From: Batkoa obscura
Taxonomy: Eukaryota
Assembly: GCA_030770535.1 (NCBI GenBank)
Contig: JASVEC010000011.1
Span: forward strand, 1,302,001 to 1,366,000
Direction of reading: 5' to 3'
DNA: 64,000 nucleotides
Shown here piece by piece: positions 24,165 through 38,329 of this stretch. The position numbers and the translations under genes were made by a program. The notes under the pieces are model-generated. The model made no database searches and was not told the DNA's origin. It was given only the letters and a program-made list of their open reading frames with translations. The number at the start of each line of letters is the position of its first letter. The first letter of the stretch is position 1.

Positions 24165-27100
24165 ATGTCCAAAAGAAATAAAACACAATCAAAAAGTAAG
24201 GTAGAGATACCAGCGAAGAAGAATAAAATTGATTGGGAAGAACATGTTATTGAAGATTGTTTAGAAGGTAAGTGAAATAGTTTAATTACTGTTATTTCTT
24301 TTGTAGATATTAAAGATAAACTTATAGGTTGGAAACGTAAACCTGTTAAGGAAATAAATGAAGAAGAAGATTTTAGTAAGTGAATTACCGTATGATTTAT
24401 GAGAGATAGAAGTTAACTAAATGTGTTTTTTAAAGCCTTTCAACAGTTACAAATTGATGAAGCTAGTGATGATAAAGATCCAAAAAAACATTTGATTCGA
24501 ATGTATGGGATTACTAAGGTAAAGTATCGTTATTATTTTTTAAATAAAAGGCTTTGGTTAATTTAAAATTTTACTAGGAAGGCAACTCTGTACTTTGTAA
24601 AGTTCGAAATTTTTTACCATATCTTTATTTTGCTGCACCCATTGGTATGAAATCAGAAGATTTACCCGAATGTAAAAAAGCATTAGAAGTAATAATTAAA
24701 AATATATCAGTTATATTTTAATAATAATAATAATAATAATAATAATAGACTGGATTAAATGATTTCAATAGTGTACATTCTGTTGAAATAGTACATAAAA
24801 AAAGTATCATGCATTATTATTCAGAAGGCAATCATAGATTTATTAAAGTAACTTTAATGCATCAAAGATTTATTAGTAAAGTTAGAGCATTACTTGGTAA
24901 TAATTCAACTGGTTTACAATTTAACAAATATCAAATCTTTAATACCAATACTTTTGAAAGTGGGATTGAATATTTATTAAGATTTATGATTGATCAAAAA
25001 GTAAGTGATTATTGAGTCATTATTATTTATTTTTAATTTATTATTATTATTATTATTAGGTATCTGGTGGTAATTGGATTACCTTACCCAAAGGTAAATA
25101 TAAGATTGAAAATGAAAATAGTAAAATATCAACATGTCAATATGAATTAAATGTGAATTATAATAATTTTATCTCCCATTTACCAGAGAATGAATGGAGT
25201 GATATAGCACCCTTAAGAGTGTTAAGTTTTGATATTGAATGTAAAGGAAGAAAAGGAGTATTTCCAGAAGCCAAAATTGATCCAGTAATTCAAATTGGAA
25301 ATATTATAAAGAGACAAGGGGAATTAGAACCTTTTGTTAGTGTTATATTTTGTTTAAAACAATGTGCTCCAATTGCAGGCTCTCAAGTATTATCTTTTGA
25401 AGATGAGAGAAGTTTATTATTAGCTTGGTCTAAATTTATAAATATTTCTGATCCTGATTTAATTATTGGTTATAATACGAGTAATTTTGATTTTACTTAT
25501 CTGTTAGAAAGAGCACAAGCATTAAATATTGAAGATTTTCCTTATTTTAGTCGAATTATTAATAGAAAAAGTGTAGCTGAAAATTCGCATTTTAGTTCAA
25601 AAGCTTATGGTAGTAGAGATACTAAAGTAATTAATATTGAAGGTAGATTACAATTAGATATGTTACAAGTCATGAATCGAGAATATAAATTAAGATCTTA
25701 TTCTTTGAATTCAGTATCAGAACATTTTTTGAAAGAAACAAAAGAAGATGTTCATTATTCAATAATATCAGAATTACAAGAAGATTCACCAGAAACTAGA
25801 AGGAGATTAGCAGTATATTGTTTAAAAGATGCATATTTACCATTAAGATTGATGGATAAATTAATGGTATTTATTAATTATTTAGAAATGGCAAGAGTAA
25901 CTGGTGTACCATTTGGTTACATATTAACACGTGGACAACAAATTAAAGTGGTTTCTCAATTATATCGTAAAGCTAATGAAAAAGGATATTTAATACCATT
26001 TAAAGATAGTAATGGACCAGCTGAAGATTATGAAGGTGCAACTGTTATTGATCCACAAAAGGGGTATTATAAAGAACCAATTGCCACTTTAGATTTTGCT
26101 TCCTTATATCCTTCTATTATGATGGCCCATAATTTATGTTACTCTACATTAATAATAGATAAATCAATAGTTGATAAGCAAAAATTAATTGTAAATGAAG
26201 ATTATATATTAACACCCAATAATATGTTATTTATTAAAAATACTAAAAGAAAAGGGATCTTACCAATTATATTAGAAGAATTAATACAAGCACGTAAAAT
26301 TGCTAAAAGAGATTTAAAAAAAGAAACGGATCCATTTAAAAGAGCTGTATTAGATGGTAGACAATTAGCCTTAAAGATAACTGCAAATTCCGTTTATGGA
26401 TTTACAGGTGCTTCCAATGGTAAATTACCCTGTTTAGATATATCAGCTACTGTTACTGCTTATGGAAGATCTATGATTAATGAAACAGCTGCTTTAGTAA
26501 AAAAGAAATTTCCAGAAAGTAATGTTATTTATGGAGATACTGATTCTGTTATGGTAGATTTTAAAGTAACTAATATAGCCGAAGCTATGGAATTTGGTAA
26601 ACAAGCAGCAGAATATGTATCATCTCATTTTATTAAACCAATTTCACTTGAATTTGAAAAAGTATATTGTCCTTATTTATTAATTAATAAAAAAAGATAT
26701 GCAGGTGTTTATTGGTCTAATCCAAATCATTATGATAAATTAGATGCTAAAGGTATTGAAACTGTGAGAAGAGATTCTTGTCAATTAGTATCTACTTTAA
26801 TTGGTAATTGTTTAAATAAAGCTATGATTGATAGAGATGTACAAGGGGCAGTAAAGTAAGTTAGTTTATTTATTATTTATTATTTATTATTTATTATTTA
26901 TTATTTATTATTTATTATTTATTATTTATAATAATAATAAAATATTTTTTATTAATATTAATATATTTCTATTTAGTTATGCTAAACAAGCCATTTCAGA
27001 TTTATTAAAAAACAAAATTGATATGTCATTATTAGTAATTACTAAAACATTATCAAAAACAGATTATGTAAATGCTCAACCTCACGAAGAATTAGCTAAA

Positions 27101-27804
27101 AAAATGAGAATTAGAGATTCAGGTAAATTTAATATAAATTAATAATAAAATTATCAATTAAACTTTATTTAGGATCTGCTCCCACTTTAGGAGATCGAGT
27201 AGCCTATGTCATAGTAGAAGGAGAAAAAGGCAGTAATATTAGTGATCGTAGTGAAGACCCACTTTATGTTTTAGAACAAGGTTTAACAATTGATTCTAAT
27301 TTTTATATGGAAAATCAAATTAAAAAACCATTATTAAGAATTTTTGAACCCATTTTAGGAGAACAAAAAGCAAATGAAATCTTTTTAGGAGAACATACAA
27401 GAGATGTCGTTAAAAGATCCAAAATTGATGGTTTGTTTGGAAAGTTTATAACCAAAAAAAATACATGTTTAAGTTGTAAAAAAGAAGTAGGAAAAGATAA
27501 TAAAGCTACTTGTGAGGGGTGTAAAGAGAAAGTACCAGATATTTATCAAGAAGAAGTATATATTATTATTTTAATTACTTATTTAATATAATTAATTTTA
27601 TTTTCTTAATAGGTACGTAAATCTCATGAATTACAAATAAGACATTCAAGACTTTGGACTGAATGTCAACGATGTAAAGGTTCTTTATTAACTGAAATTC
27701 AATGTGCTTCTTCAGATTGTCCTATATTTTATATGCGTACAAAAGCAACAAAAGATGTTAAAAAATCCCTTGAAACATTGGATCGATTTGATTATGAGTG
27801 GTAA
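24165..27804 (+). CDS. POL3: DNA polymerase delta catalytic subunit, about 8 introns
   Basis: LSFDIEC (ExoI), [49 protein letters not shown]-terminal CLSC..CEGC and CQRC..CASSDC metal-binding motifs. Confidence 0.97.
26865..26940. repeat. intronic low-complexity (T3-4ATTA)n tract
   Basis: tandem tttatta/ttttatta units inside a POL3 intron. Confidence 0.7.
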
Positions 27805-28226
27805 AAAAAAATAAGATAATGTAAAGGAAAAAGAAGAGAGGGGTATTTTGAAGTAAAATTTAAGTTTATTGATGCTTATATTTTTTGAATTTTTTTGAAT
27901 TTTTTTATTAATGATTATAGTAAGTTATGAATTTATGATTAAAGTTTTATAAAGTAGTAGTAAATAAAAGTGATTTAAGGGGTTTCATTATAATTTTAAA
28001 ATAGTATTAAATAGATTATAAAGGAATAAAAAGGATAAAGAAATAGAATTAGAAAATAGTTCAATAATTATAATAATAGGTGTTCCAATTTTTATTGAGC
28101 AATAAAAAATTAACACATTTTTTGGTAATAAAAATTCTACTTTAAAACTTTAAAATTCAGAATTTAAATTTATTCTTATCTTTTTTTATAAAAAAAATTA
28201 AATCAATTTTTTAATAACAAATAATA

Positions 28227-30336
28227 ATGAGCTGGTATTTAATCTCTACTAAAATAATTGATAATTCAAATATGTCAAGTGATATATTTTTAAAAATAAT
28301 GGTAATTCATATTTTTTCATTTAACTTAATTTCATTATTTTATTATTGTAATTTAAAATATTTCATTTAAAATATTTCATTTAATATATTTGAATATTAA
28401 TAATTTAGACCCAATGGTTAAATGAACCACAACAATTAGCAAAAACTATATTAAGAGGGGAAATTATTTATTCCATAGAGAAAGAAATGGAATCATCATT
28501 AAAAGATAAAGTAGATTATCTTAAAGAAAGTATAATATTACGAAAATTATTACCAAGGTTAACGAAAAAGGATAATTGGATGATACAAAAAGTAGTTACT
28601 AAAGAAATAAAAGAAGGAAGTAAGTAAGATATTATTTTTTTTAAAATAAATAAAGAATATGAAAAAAGAAGAAGATTTTAATGATATTTATATATTTATA
28701 TATTTATATGTTTATATTTTTAGTTTGGCAAGTTGAACACTCACCCATAGATGAAAAAATAATTCAAAAAGATGGTAATTTGGATAATCAATTTATAGAT
28801 TTAGATATAACTCAAGAAAAGTTAATTAAATTACCTTCTTTTTGTCCAAAAGTAAATAAGTTTTTGTTTAAATAAACAAATAAATTTATATTAATAAATA
28901 ATGAGGTAATAGGTTAATAATTATCGAATAATCTACAATAATGAATTAAAGAGTATAACAATGGAATATTTTAATAAATTTAAAGAGATGGAATTAGAGT
29001 TATCGGTAATTTATATATTAATTAATTTATATAAAATAATTTTTAATTTAATTTAATTTAATATTTTTAGTTAAAAATGTTACAAAATTTATTTAATCTA
29101 TTAATTAAATATATAACAAATTTTTTAAAAGGATATCAAAAGAGAGTTTATCATGATATTATTATTGATAAAATAAAATATCAAGATAATTATTTAAAAA
29201 ATAAAGATAAATTTTTATATTGGGTTAAAAATTGGCCTGAGAGTAAGTTAAATATTATTTATAATGAAATAAGAGAATATATTAATATATTAATATATTA
29301 ATATATTGTTTATTTTTATTAGATACAGATGCAAGTAAATTTGTATTTGAAGATATTGGTATTGCTACTTTTTTAAGTTTATTATTTGAAAAGTAATAAT
29401 AATATATAATATATAATATATAATATATAATATTAATATTATAAATAGACCTTCTACCTTTATTGATTTAGGATGTGGTAATGGTTTATTAGTTCATTTA
29501 TTAAATCAATTAGGACATCAAGGTCAAGGAATTGATTTAGTAAAAAGAAAAATTTGGGATTTATTTAAAGAAGATAAATTGATTTGTAAGTTAAATTAAT
29601 AATAATAGTAACAATAATAATATTATTATTATATTATATTATATTGATTTATATTAATTTATATTATATTATATTAATAAGTTTATTATTCAATTCTAGG
29701 TCGAACATCAATCCCCAATAAGGAACAGTTTGTTGAAACTTGGTTAATTGGTAATCATTGTGATGAATTATCCCCTTGGATACCTATTATGGCAAATAAT
29801 TCTAGTTATGAAACAAAGTAATAATTTAATTATATATTAATTTAATTTAATTATATTTAATTTAATTATATTTAAGATTTATAATAATACCTTGTTGTTT
29901 TTATAATTTAAATGGTACACGATATCAACATTTAAAAAAAAAAGAAAATATTGGTAAGTTAAAATAGAAGAGAATTAAGAATGTAATATAACATCAACTA
30001 ATTTTTTATTTTTATTATTTTTATTTTAGGAAATTATGAAAATTATATTAATTATTTAATTGAAATTATAAAACTATGTGGTTATATACCAGAGAAAGAA
30101 TATTTAAGAATACCATCTACAAAAAATATTTGTTTAATTGGGAGAAATCGAAGTTTTAAAAAAGGTAAACAATTCTATTTATAATAATATTATTATTATT
30201 TATTTATTTATTTTAATATTATTTAGATGATATTATAGAATCTAATAGAATTAATAATAATATAAAAGAATTATTAAAAGAGGTGAATTTTCAACCTAGA
30301 ATTAATAAAAATACAACTAATAATCAACGCCATTAA
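28227..30336 (+). CDS. TRM44: tRNA (uracil-44-2'-O)-methyltransferase, multi-exon
   Basis: exons encode YQKRVYHDIII, KFVFEDIGIATFL, FIDLGCGNGLLVHLL, GIDLVKRKIW, WLIGNHCDELSPWIP, IPCCF, YLRIPSTKN. Confidence 0.9.
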
Positions 30337-30431
30337 AAGTACAAATAAAGTATAGATATCAATATTATATAATATATTGTCCCACTTTTTATTACTTTTC
30401 ATATTATTAACTATACAAATATCATTTAACT

Positions 30432-31088
30432 TTATTTTCCTTTTTTATAATATTCGTTATTATTATTATTATTACTATTACTCAATTTAGAAACAATGAA
30501 CCAACAGGAACACATCATAACAAATACTGAAGTCATTCTACCCCAAACATGAGAAGAAGTTTCAATATTAGGTCGTTCATCTTGATGATATCGATTTTGA
30601 AATCGAAATGGTGTATTTCCAATTCCACTCCCACTACCACTACCATATCCATGCATATCCTCATATTCCCCTTGATTGTATTCTTTCCCCATTTGATTTC
30701 CATCTTTAAATGTATTCTTTTGGTGATATGGTTTTGTTTTTCCATACTGAGCTGTAGGTTTTTGTCGATAACGAAATCGGTTACTAAATGCTTGTTCTTT
30801 TGAATAATTATGAGAAATAAAACTTCGATCATAATCTAAACGTTTTGTGTCATCACTAAGTATTGAGTAGGCTTCATTAATTTTTAAAAAATGGGCATGG
30901 GCGGATTCATTACTAGGGTTTTTGTCCGGATGATATTGCATCGATAAACGGTAGAAGGAAGCCTTGATTTCCGATTTGGTTGAGGTTTTTTTGATTTTTA
31001 ACAAGTCATAATAATTTTCGGAAGGTTTACTGCTATACAATCGTAAAGATAAATGTTGAATTGGGCGATAAAATTTAGTTGTTAACAT
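30432..31088 (-). CDS. J-domain (DnaJ) protein, probably mitochondrial membrane
   Basis: NYYDLL...IKASFYRLSMQYHPDKN...FLKINEAYSILSD; basic presequence-like N-terminus and C-terminal hydrophobic helix. Confidence 0.9.
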   Translation of the reverse strand: MLTTKFYRPIQHLSLRLYSSKPSENYYDLLKIKKTSTKSEIKASFYRLSMQYHPDKNPSNESAHAHFLKINEAYSILSDDTKRLDYDRSFISHNYSKEQAFSNRFRYRQKPTAQYGKTKPYHQKNTFKDGNQMGKEYNQGEYEDMHGYGSGSGSGIGNTPFRFQNRYHQDERPNIETSSHVWGRMTSVFVMMCSCWFIVSKLSNSNNNNNNEYYKKGK

Positions 31089-31498
31089 GTTTTTTTATTT
31101 TTTTTTGGAATTTTTGAATAAACGTAGAATATTGAATTTTAATAAAATAAGAGTTTGATTTTTAATAAAATTGACTAATTTAATTGAAGTTTAAGTTTTG
31201 CAATTTTTTTAAGAATTATAGTAAGTTTGATTCTTAACTTATAATTAATTCTATTAAAATTATCAATGATTAATAAAATTACAAATAAATGACTCATCAT
31301 TAAATTAAACTGATAATGAACTAAAAATACAAATTCCAACCCAAAAGAATACTAATATTCAACTCAGTTATACTCCAATGAAAACATAAAACTTGTTTTC
31401 AAGTCGATCTTAAAAACTAAATTAATTTAAAAATCACATCAACACAGTAAAACCATTTTTTAATAAACTAACTAACTAACCTCACCAATAAATTTACA

Positions 31499-31792
31499 AT
31501 GTTACTACAACTCATAATCTTATATATATTAATTACCACCACCTCCTCACAATGTCCTTTACCAATTGAAAAATGTCGTTACTTATCCAATTACCGCTGC
31601 CTCCCCACACAGGAGCCATGTAGTCCATGTTGGCTACGACCAAAAAGTAAACATAATCGAAGAGATTATTGGCGATGTGTAAGAATGCGAGATAATGGTC
31701 AATGTCCAGAGTATCCAGAATTATATGATTTAAAGAAAGATTGTAAGAATATAACGTATCCCAAGGTCCCCCCTTTGGGAAAGTATTGGTGA
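31499..31792 (+). CDS. small secreted 8-cysteine protein
   Basis: 97 aa; hydrophobic signal-like N-terminus, 8 Cys, GC-richer than flanks. Confidence 0.75.
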   Translation: MLLQLIILYILITTTSSQCPLPIEKCRYLSNYRCLPTQEPCSPCWLRPKSKHNRRDYWRCVRMRDNGQCPEYPELYDLKKDCKNITYPKVPPLGKYW

Positions 31793-32725
31793 ATTGAGAG
31801 TGAAAATGGAAAGAGAAGGAAATGGAAGCGTAAATGAACGATATCGTTTTATAAAGGGATGATGAGATGATTAATTGTGATTGTTTTTATTTTAATTTTT
31901 TAAATTATTAGTTTAGTGCCTGAATTTCAGATTTTTTTATGTTGAAAAAAGGGACCAATTGGAAATGAAATGAGTTGATGGGATGAAAACTCAAAAATTA
32001 CATAAAAGTCAAATTTTAGTTTTGATTTAATAAAAGATAATAATATATTAATTATAAAAAGGTGTAATATTTAACTTTCTTAATTTTTATTGTTTTATTT
32101 TTTTTTCTATCTCTTGTTTTATAATCTATTTTAAAGTATACTTAAATAAAAAAGTTTTACAAAATTTATTTATAATAATTTCAATTTTAAAGAATTTTTT
32201 TAATTTATTAGTTAAAAAAAACAAAAAGGGTTAAACTAATCAGAAAGCCTGGCCCTACCTAGTTAAATCCTGGATTCATTCTATCATAATTAGATGTTAG
32301 GTAGAAATAATTAGATTAATTTATTAAATTAGTAATAAGATTATAAATATATTTTAATAATAACTAATTATAAAAAGAGCTAAAAAGTAGTCCAATAAGT
32401 AAGCTTGAGTTATAAATTAAATTATTTTTTGAATGTTATAATTAATGTATATAATTTCATTAAATATTTCAACTAGGTATAATGTTTATTTATCTTATCT
32501 TAATACTAAAAATATTAATATTGTTAAATACTATTTAACTATAGATAATTCTGTGTTTTTAGTTTTAATATAATAAAATATAAGAACAAGTCTAAAATGA
32601 CGTATAATTTTTAACCAACAACCAATTCTTAGAGTATCACCTTTGTCTCTACTTTTAACATAATGATAATACAATAAGTTTATTAATAATTGTCACACAA
32701 AAGTAGCTGAAATAATAAAATATAT

Positions 32726-32824
32726 AGTGATGTATTTTTGTGTTTAAGAATTTTGCTAACAATCTTTCCGCTCAAATAGCGCTTAAAAGGTAGAAAAAGT
32801 GATGAAGCCAAAAAAAACACCCCC
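32726..32824 (+). mobile_element. MITE family A copy
   Basis: consensus match; ATAT on both flanks. Confidence 0.88.
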
Positions 32825-33420
32825 ATATAACATTAAAATGACAGCATAGCTATACCATATAATGTGTGCACTCTTTAAACTTAAAAAGTCCTTTTAATTC
32901 TTTATATTATCTATAGTAGTGCTTTACGTTATAATAATACAATATTCTATTTTTTAAGATACTAGACTGAATTTGATGGAAAATCCTCAAAATTTATTAT
33001 GTAATGAAAATAGACTTCAGTTGAATCAACTAGATATGTTATTAGAAACCATCACGACCACTAAATTAAGTAAAAAATAATTATTCCGTTATAAAATCAT
33101 TGTGGTTAATGATTATAGTCAAAGAACCATTGTATTTTACACAATTTAATAATTTTTTAATAAAAAGGCGGTTAGTTAGACTTACAATACAATTAAGTAC
33201 TAAACTTAAAATAATAACAATTCGAGATAATTATATGATCTAAAATAACATAAGTTTTATTTGAGTATACCCTTTTATTTAATATATCAATTAATTTAAT
33301 ATTGAATATTTTATATTATTTCTAAAAACACTCGAATTGATATTATTTCATAAGTTAGTTATAAAATCAAATAGTATAAATACCCTTATTCTATACATTG
33401 TAGTTGTAAACTCAAAATAA

Positions 33421-34065
33421 ATAATAAAATTATTCATTGCTACAATAGCTTCAGCTAATACAAAAGGAATTGTCGTAAGTGGACGGTAACTGGATATTGA
33501 TTGGAATAGTGTCAAATCAAATGGAGTTGGATTTGCTTATATTAAAGCTACTGAAAATACTACATATAAGGATCACAAACTTATTTCACAATACACAAAT
33601 GCTAGTAAAGTAGGATTAATTCGTGGAAGTTATTATTTTGCTAGTCCTGTTGGTTCATCAGGTGTTGTACAAGCCAATTATTTTGTAGCTAATGGAGCTT
33701 GTTGGAGTGTCGATGGAATAAGTTTACCAGGTGCACTTGATCTTGAAGCTGGTTGTAGTGGTTCATCTCATGCTAGTATGGTTAATTAGATTAAAGATTT
33801 TAGTAATACTTATCATTCCAAAACTGGTAGATATCCAGTGATTTATACTACTACGGATTGATGGATTCAATGTACTGGTAATAGTTCTGCTTTTGCTAAT
33901 GATAAAACGTTATAGATTTCTCGTTAGGCAAGTTCACCAGGTATTTTACCGAATGGTTGGGCTTATTATACTTTTTGGCAATATGCTAGTAAAGGGTCAA
34001 ACCATGGTGATCAAGATAGCTTTAACGTTAGCTCAGCTTCACTTAAGAGGTTTGCTAATTTATAA
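33421..34065 (+). pseudogene. GH25 (Chalaropsis-type) lysozyme/muramidase pseudogene
   Basis: single frame: KGIVVS..IDWNSVKSNGVGFAYIKATE..GLIRGSYYF..QANYFV..LPGALDLE..TGRYPVIYTT..FWQY..GDQD; five in-frame stops and no ATG. Confidence 0.92.
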
Positions 34066-34842
34066 TAAAGATTATAATTAAATACCCATTTTTTTAAATG
34101 TTTGTATTTCATTAAGTTATTTATGGATTTAAAACGTACGTACTATTTATTCATATTATAATGTTTCTATGGTCCCTTTTAAGCTTTAGATAAACCTAGT
34201 TATTTATTGGTCAAATGTAATGATTTTAAGCTATTGTTTATTTTAATCCCGAGTCTTATAAAGATATGATAGTATTATAAAATTTAAATGGGCAGATGTC
34301 CTCACCTTAAATTATGAAGGTTGTTTTTAACTGTAAAAAAGTTAAAATAGCTTGTCTCTTTTTTCGTAATTATTATTTATAAATATTTTACAATTATCTT
34401 AAAGTATTAAATAGTGCCTAGTAATCTGAATGAAAGAGTTATAAAATAATCAACTTGATGTTATAACTCTCTGTTCTTTATGAACCTTGAAATATTAAGT
34501 TGGTAAATCTTTGATTTTCCACCTATTTTGACCATGAATAATGAAAAACCGTAATTTACTAAATTTATACCTAAAAAAATTATGCAAATGTTTTTTTTTA
34601 GTTACACGTTTAACTAAGATTTCTTGAAGTTTTATGTTGTACAAAAAGTAAACAAAATGCTGAGATTAAAGCCATTTCGCTATTAGTAAATTATGTACTT
34701 TTATCACAAGCTTGATCATTATTGACTTTTTATTATCCTTTTATCTTATATTATAAACACTCTTTCATTCTCAACTTAAATTTATTATATTTCAACAAAC
34801 TAAAAGTCAAGTTAAACAAACATAAAAATAATTTATTATAAA

Positions 34843-36701
34843 CTAAACAATATTAGTTTTTTGAAGGAAAGGAACCCATTCACTCTCATATTGAATCCAA
34901 TGTCCTGGATCCCTACTAATCATAGCTAAATGATCCCAACAAATTTTTTGTCTTTTTCCAGGATAGAAGCCAGCAGTTTCTTGGACATCGGATCCATGAA
35001 TGTATTTAATGCAAAGTGGACAGTCGTCATTTGGTGCAACATAATCATGACTAAATTTCTGTGGTCGAGGTGCCATTAACTTTATAGCTGGATCTTTATA
35101 TTCCAACCTTAAGGTACCAAGGTCAATAAGACCATTAATTCGATTCTTAATATAATTAACATCCAAAATTGGGCGTCCAATTAAATTTAGTTCAACTTGA
35201 TTTCTTTTCTCCTCTTTTCTTGCCTCTCTTTCTTCATACTCCTCCTCTCTATCTACACTTTCATGGAAGGTTACTCTTTTTTTACATATATTATACCTTT
35301 TTTCTTTAACCAAGCATGATTTTAATTTTATTTCTATTAAAAGATTAATTAATTAATATATAGTTTTCATATTATCTTACCTTTCTTAACTGTAATTCCA
35401 ATTTTTCCGTCAACTCCGCGATCATTTTTTTCTCCATTAATGCTACCTTGATCAATTTTTCTTTCATTAGGATTTGACCTACCTGAGCTCATTTTTTGAG
35501 CATTTTTATAGTTATACTCATTTTGATTAGCTGAAGTAAGGTGAGTTGGAGAAATGGATCTACCCTTAAGAGATATATTCTCAGCAACAAATTTCTCAAA
35601 GATGCCTTTAATTTGAACATTGAATTGCTTAAACATTGATTTACTGGGGCTCAAACTTTGAATAGCATCTGATGCAGCTTTTATATCCGAATCTTCTTTT
35701 TTATGCATTTCTAGTTTGACTTTTTTAGTAGTCGATGTGTTCTCTTCTTCATATTGCGATATCCTTTTTTTATGCTCAAGTTCTCTTTTATGAGGCAGAA
35801 TATGTTTTTTTATTATTGCAAGTACATTTGGAATTTCCGCATCTTTAAGATAAGCTGAGTAAATCTTTGGTCTTCGAATTACATGTTGATGTAATGCCCT
35901 ATTAGTCTTGCAACGAGTATTTCGCTTTTGATTAGTATTGAAGCTCTGGTAAAGTTCATAGGCTCTATTTACATTTTTACGACAATAGGAATGATAAACT
36001 ATACTACCTGCTTGTCGAATCAAAAGTGCTTTGTCGTCAAATGATTTTATTATCATATGATCAATTTTCATATGGTTCATTTCAATAAAATCATCATCAG
36101 CAAGCTTGATGATATACTCAAGTAAGAACACATACCTCAATCGGAGATTAGGACATTTAATAGAGAAACCAGATTCAACGTATCTGAATATCAACTCCTT
36201 ATTATTCATGAACTCCAATTCCATAAAGTAAATGAGAAATTGATAACATGTTCCAATGCTGGCATTATAGTTTTCCACTTTATAAAAATCCTTATTAAGC
36301 GCAAAAAAGAGACATTTAAATAATATATAAATATGAATTTTAATAAGGTCGTAATAATCTTCATACAAAATGAATATAAACCTTAAAGCATATAAATTAA
36401 ATACTTCATCTTCGCATCTTATCATTTTTCCTACGGCTTTAACTATTAATTCAATGTATTTTTCATAGTTAGGGTACGTCCTAATAACACCGTGTTTAAA
36501 GTAAGCTTCAAGGGTCAAAAATATCATTCTATAGATCCCAGAGTGAATGTCAACAATACTTTCATAAAATCTATTAAATGTATCTAAAAGTTTTGTGACA
36601 TCATCCTTTTCTTTTTGAGTGGTAATAGCACGAAAGCATGTTGGTCTAGTGTTGACTTCTACCGCAAGATCAAATTGGTTTTGTATAGACATTTGAAACA
36701 A
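34843..36701 (-). CDS. divergent HEAT-repeat protein, possibly CLASP/Stu1-like; 5' end looks damaged
   Basis: ORFs 35367..36701 and 34843..35313 can be joined through a GT-AG intron near 35335-35380; KSFDDKALLIRQAG...RAYELYQSF..NQKR resembles the end of a TOG/CLASP_N domain; upstream sequence (36725-36865) has NWIESIKAIRR flanked by stops. Confidence 0.5.
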
Positions 36702-38136
36702 AACTAAATTATTTTTTCCTTACACCTGTTCTATGATTTATTCTCATCTTCGGATTGCTTTAATTGATTCTATCCAATTACATTAAAAAGCCTGTAATCG
36801 TAATAGATTAAACAAATCATTTGTTAAAGTTAGATGGTCAGGGATATAATGTTTTAACCCATAATAATAGTTAACTAAAAACACTAATATTTTGTTTTGT
36901 TAGTTTTGAACTTATAAAATGAGACATAGTATAGAACTGTTATTTTAATAAGATATAAAGTAATGAATAAATATATATCTTCATTTACTTTAAATATATT
37001 TATAAATATGAAGTGTTACTTAAATGTAGAACCTTAAAATTGTTACTTAAAAGCGAAATAACTATTGGTCAAAATAAGATTAATGTAGTATTCAAAAAAA
37101 ACTTTCAATTTAAGTAGAATAAATATTGGAGATAATTTGAGTAAAATTCCGGTATAAAAAGGTCAATAGTCCCTCAAAGTCAACCAATAATACTTATGTA
37201 TTTATATTAAATATGACAATGACGATATATGATTATATACTACTCAAATAATTTTCATCCTATCTAGCTATTCACTCCACATGATTAAAAATAGCTTTTA
37301 ATTTTTTTAAAGCCTATTTATAAACAACTTAATAATTTGGTTACTCCTAAAACACTTTTCCATCACTGAATTTATAACTTTGTCTTACAGTGCGTGTTTA
37401 TGATATAATTAATTTCCTTTAATCAAAACAAATTGCTATCTAAAGAGTTAATTATTTTAAAGTTGAGAGAACACTCTGAAACCAGATATCAAAGATAACA
37501 GTTGCTCCAAGAAAAGACTGCGAATTCCTAATTTCTTTGATATTTGATATTTTATTTAGAAAATAAAACAAACTTTATATTTTCACGTACAGATAAGGGC
37601 ATCATGATTGAAACTTGTAATAAAAAGGATAAATACCAGTAAAGGGGATTTATTCTTTTAAAAATATTAGTAAATTTTGAACATATAGTGTGAATCATTA
37701 AAAATAATCCAGATGGCATAATTGACCCATGTTTTTACATTTTAAACCTATTCTAAGTCCTGATAAATGCAGTTCTATTACTATTATAAAGAACTATTAA
37801 ATTATTTAAATAAAATAGATGCGTATTTTATTTTTGATTTTTGATTCTGTAAATTGAAAGAATTTTGAAAAATTACATCAAACGTAACTGAGTAATTCAA
37901 ATACTTTTGAATTATAAGCTATAGAGAAAACTATAAAGCTTTGCACTAAAATTTTACCTAATCAACTTTACTAGCGTCTTTTTAAACTGGGCTATCAAGG
38001 GTTCCATTATTTATCCATTCTCAATCTAACCACTAAACGATAGAGTTTTCAGCTTTCAAATAAACTGCAAATAAAATTAACTAAAAGAACTTGCAATTAA
38101 AATAGTATAAAGAGCTAACCATAGCATTTAATATAT

Positions 38137-38235
38137 GGGGATGTATTTTTTTGTTTAAGAATTTTACTAACAATTTTTCTGCTGAAATAGCGCTTAAAAG
38201 ATGGAAAAAATAATGAAGCCAAAAAAAACACCCCC
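38137..38235 (+). mobile_element. MITE family A copy
   Basis: consensus match; ATAT on both flanks. Confidence 0.9.
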
Positions 38236-38329
38236 ATATAAACAATGAAATGTCTTTTTGATTATTTTAAATACTCCTGTTGCAGACTATTATCGTATTT
38301 TTGCTTAATGGAATTAACGCAACGTTGGG

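Noticed and set aside
25153..26859. Family B polymerase as a Polinton, viral or plasmid polymerase
   Set aside because: Introns, Pol delta-specific motifs and the C-terminal CysA/CysB motifs identify cellular POL3.
9679..34065. Stop-codon reassignment or RNA editing rescuing the CAP and GH25 genes
   Set aside because: Intact genes use TGG for Trp and end in TAA, TAG or TGA. The broken genes also have frameshifts, a lost start or a mutated conserved Asp.
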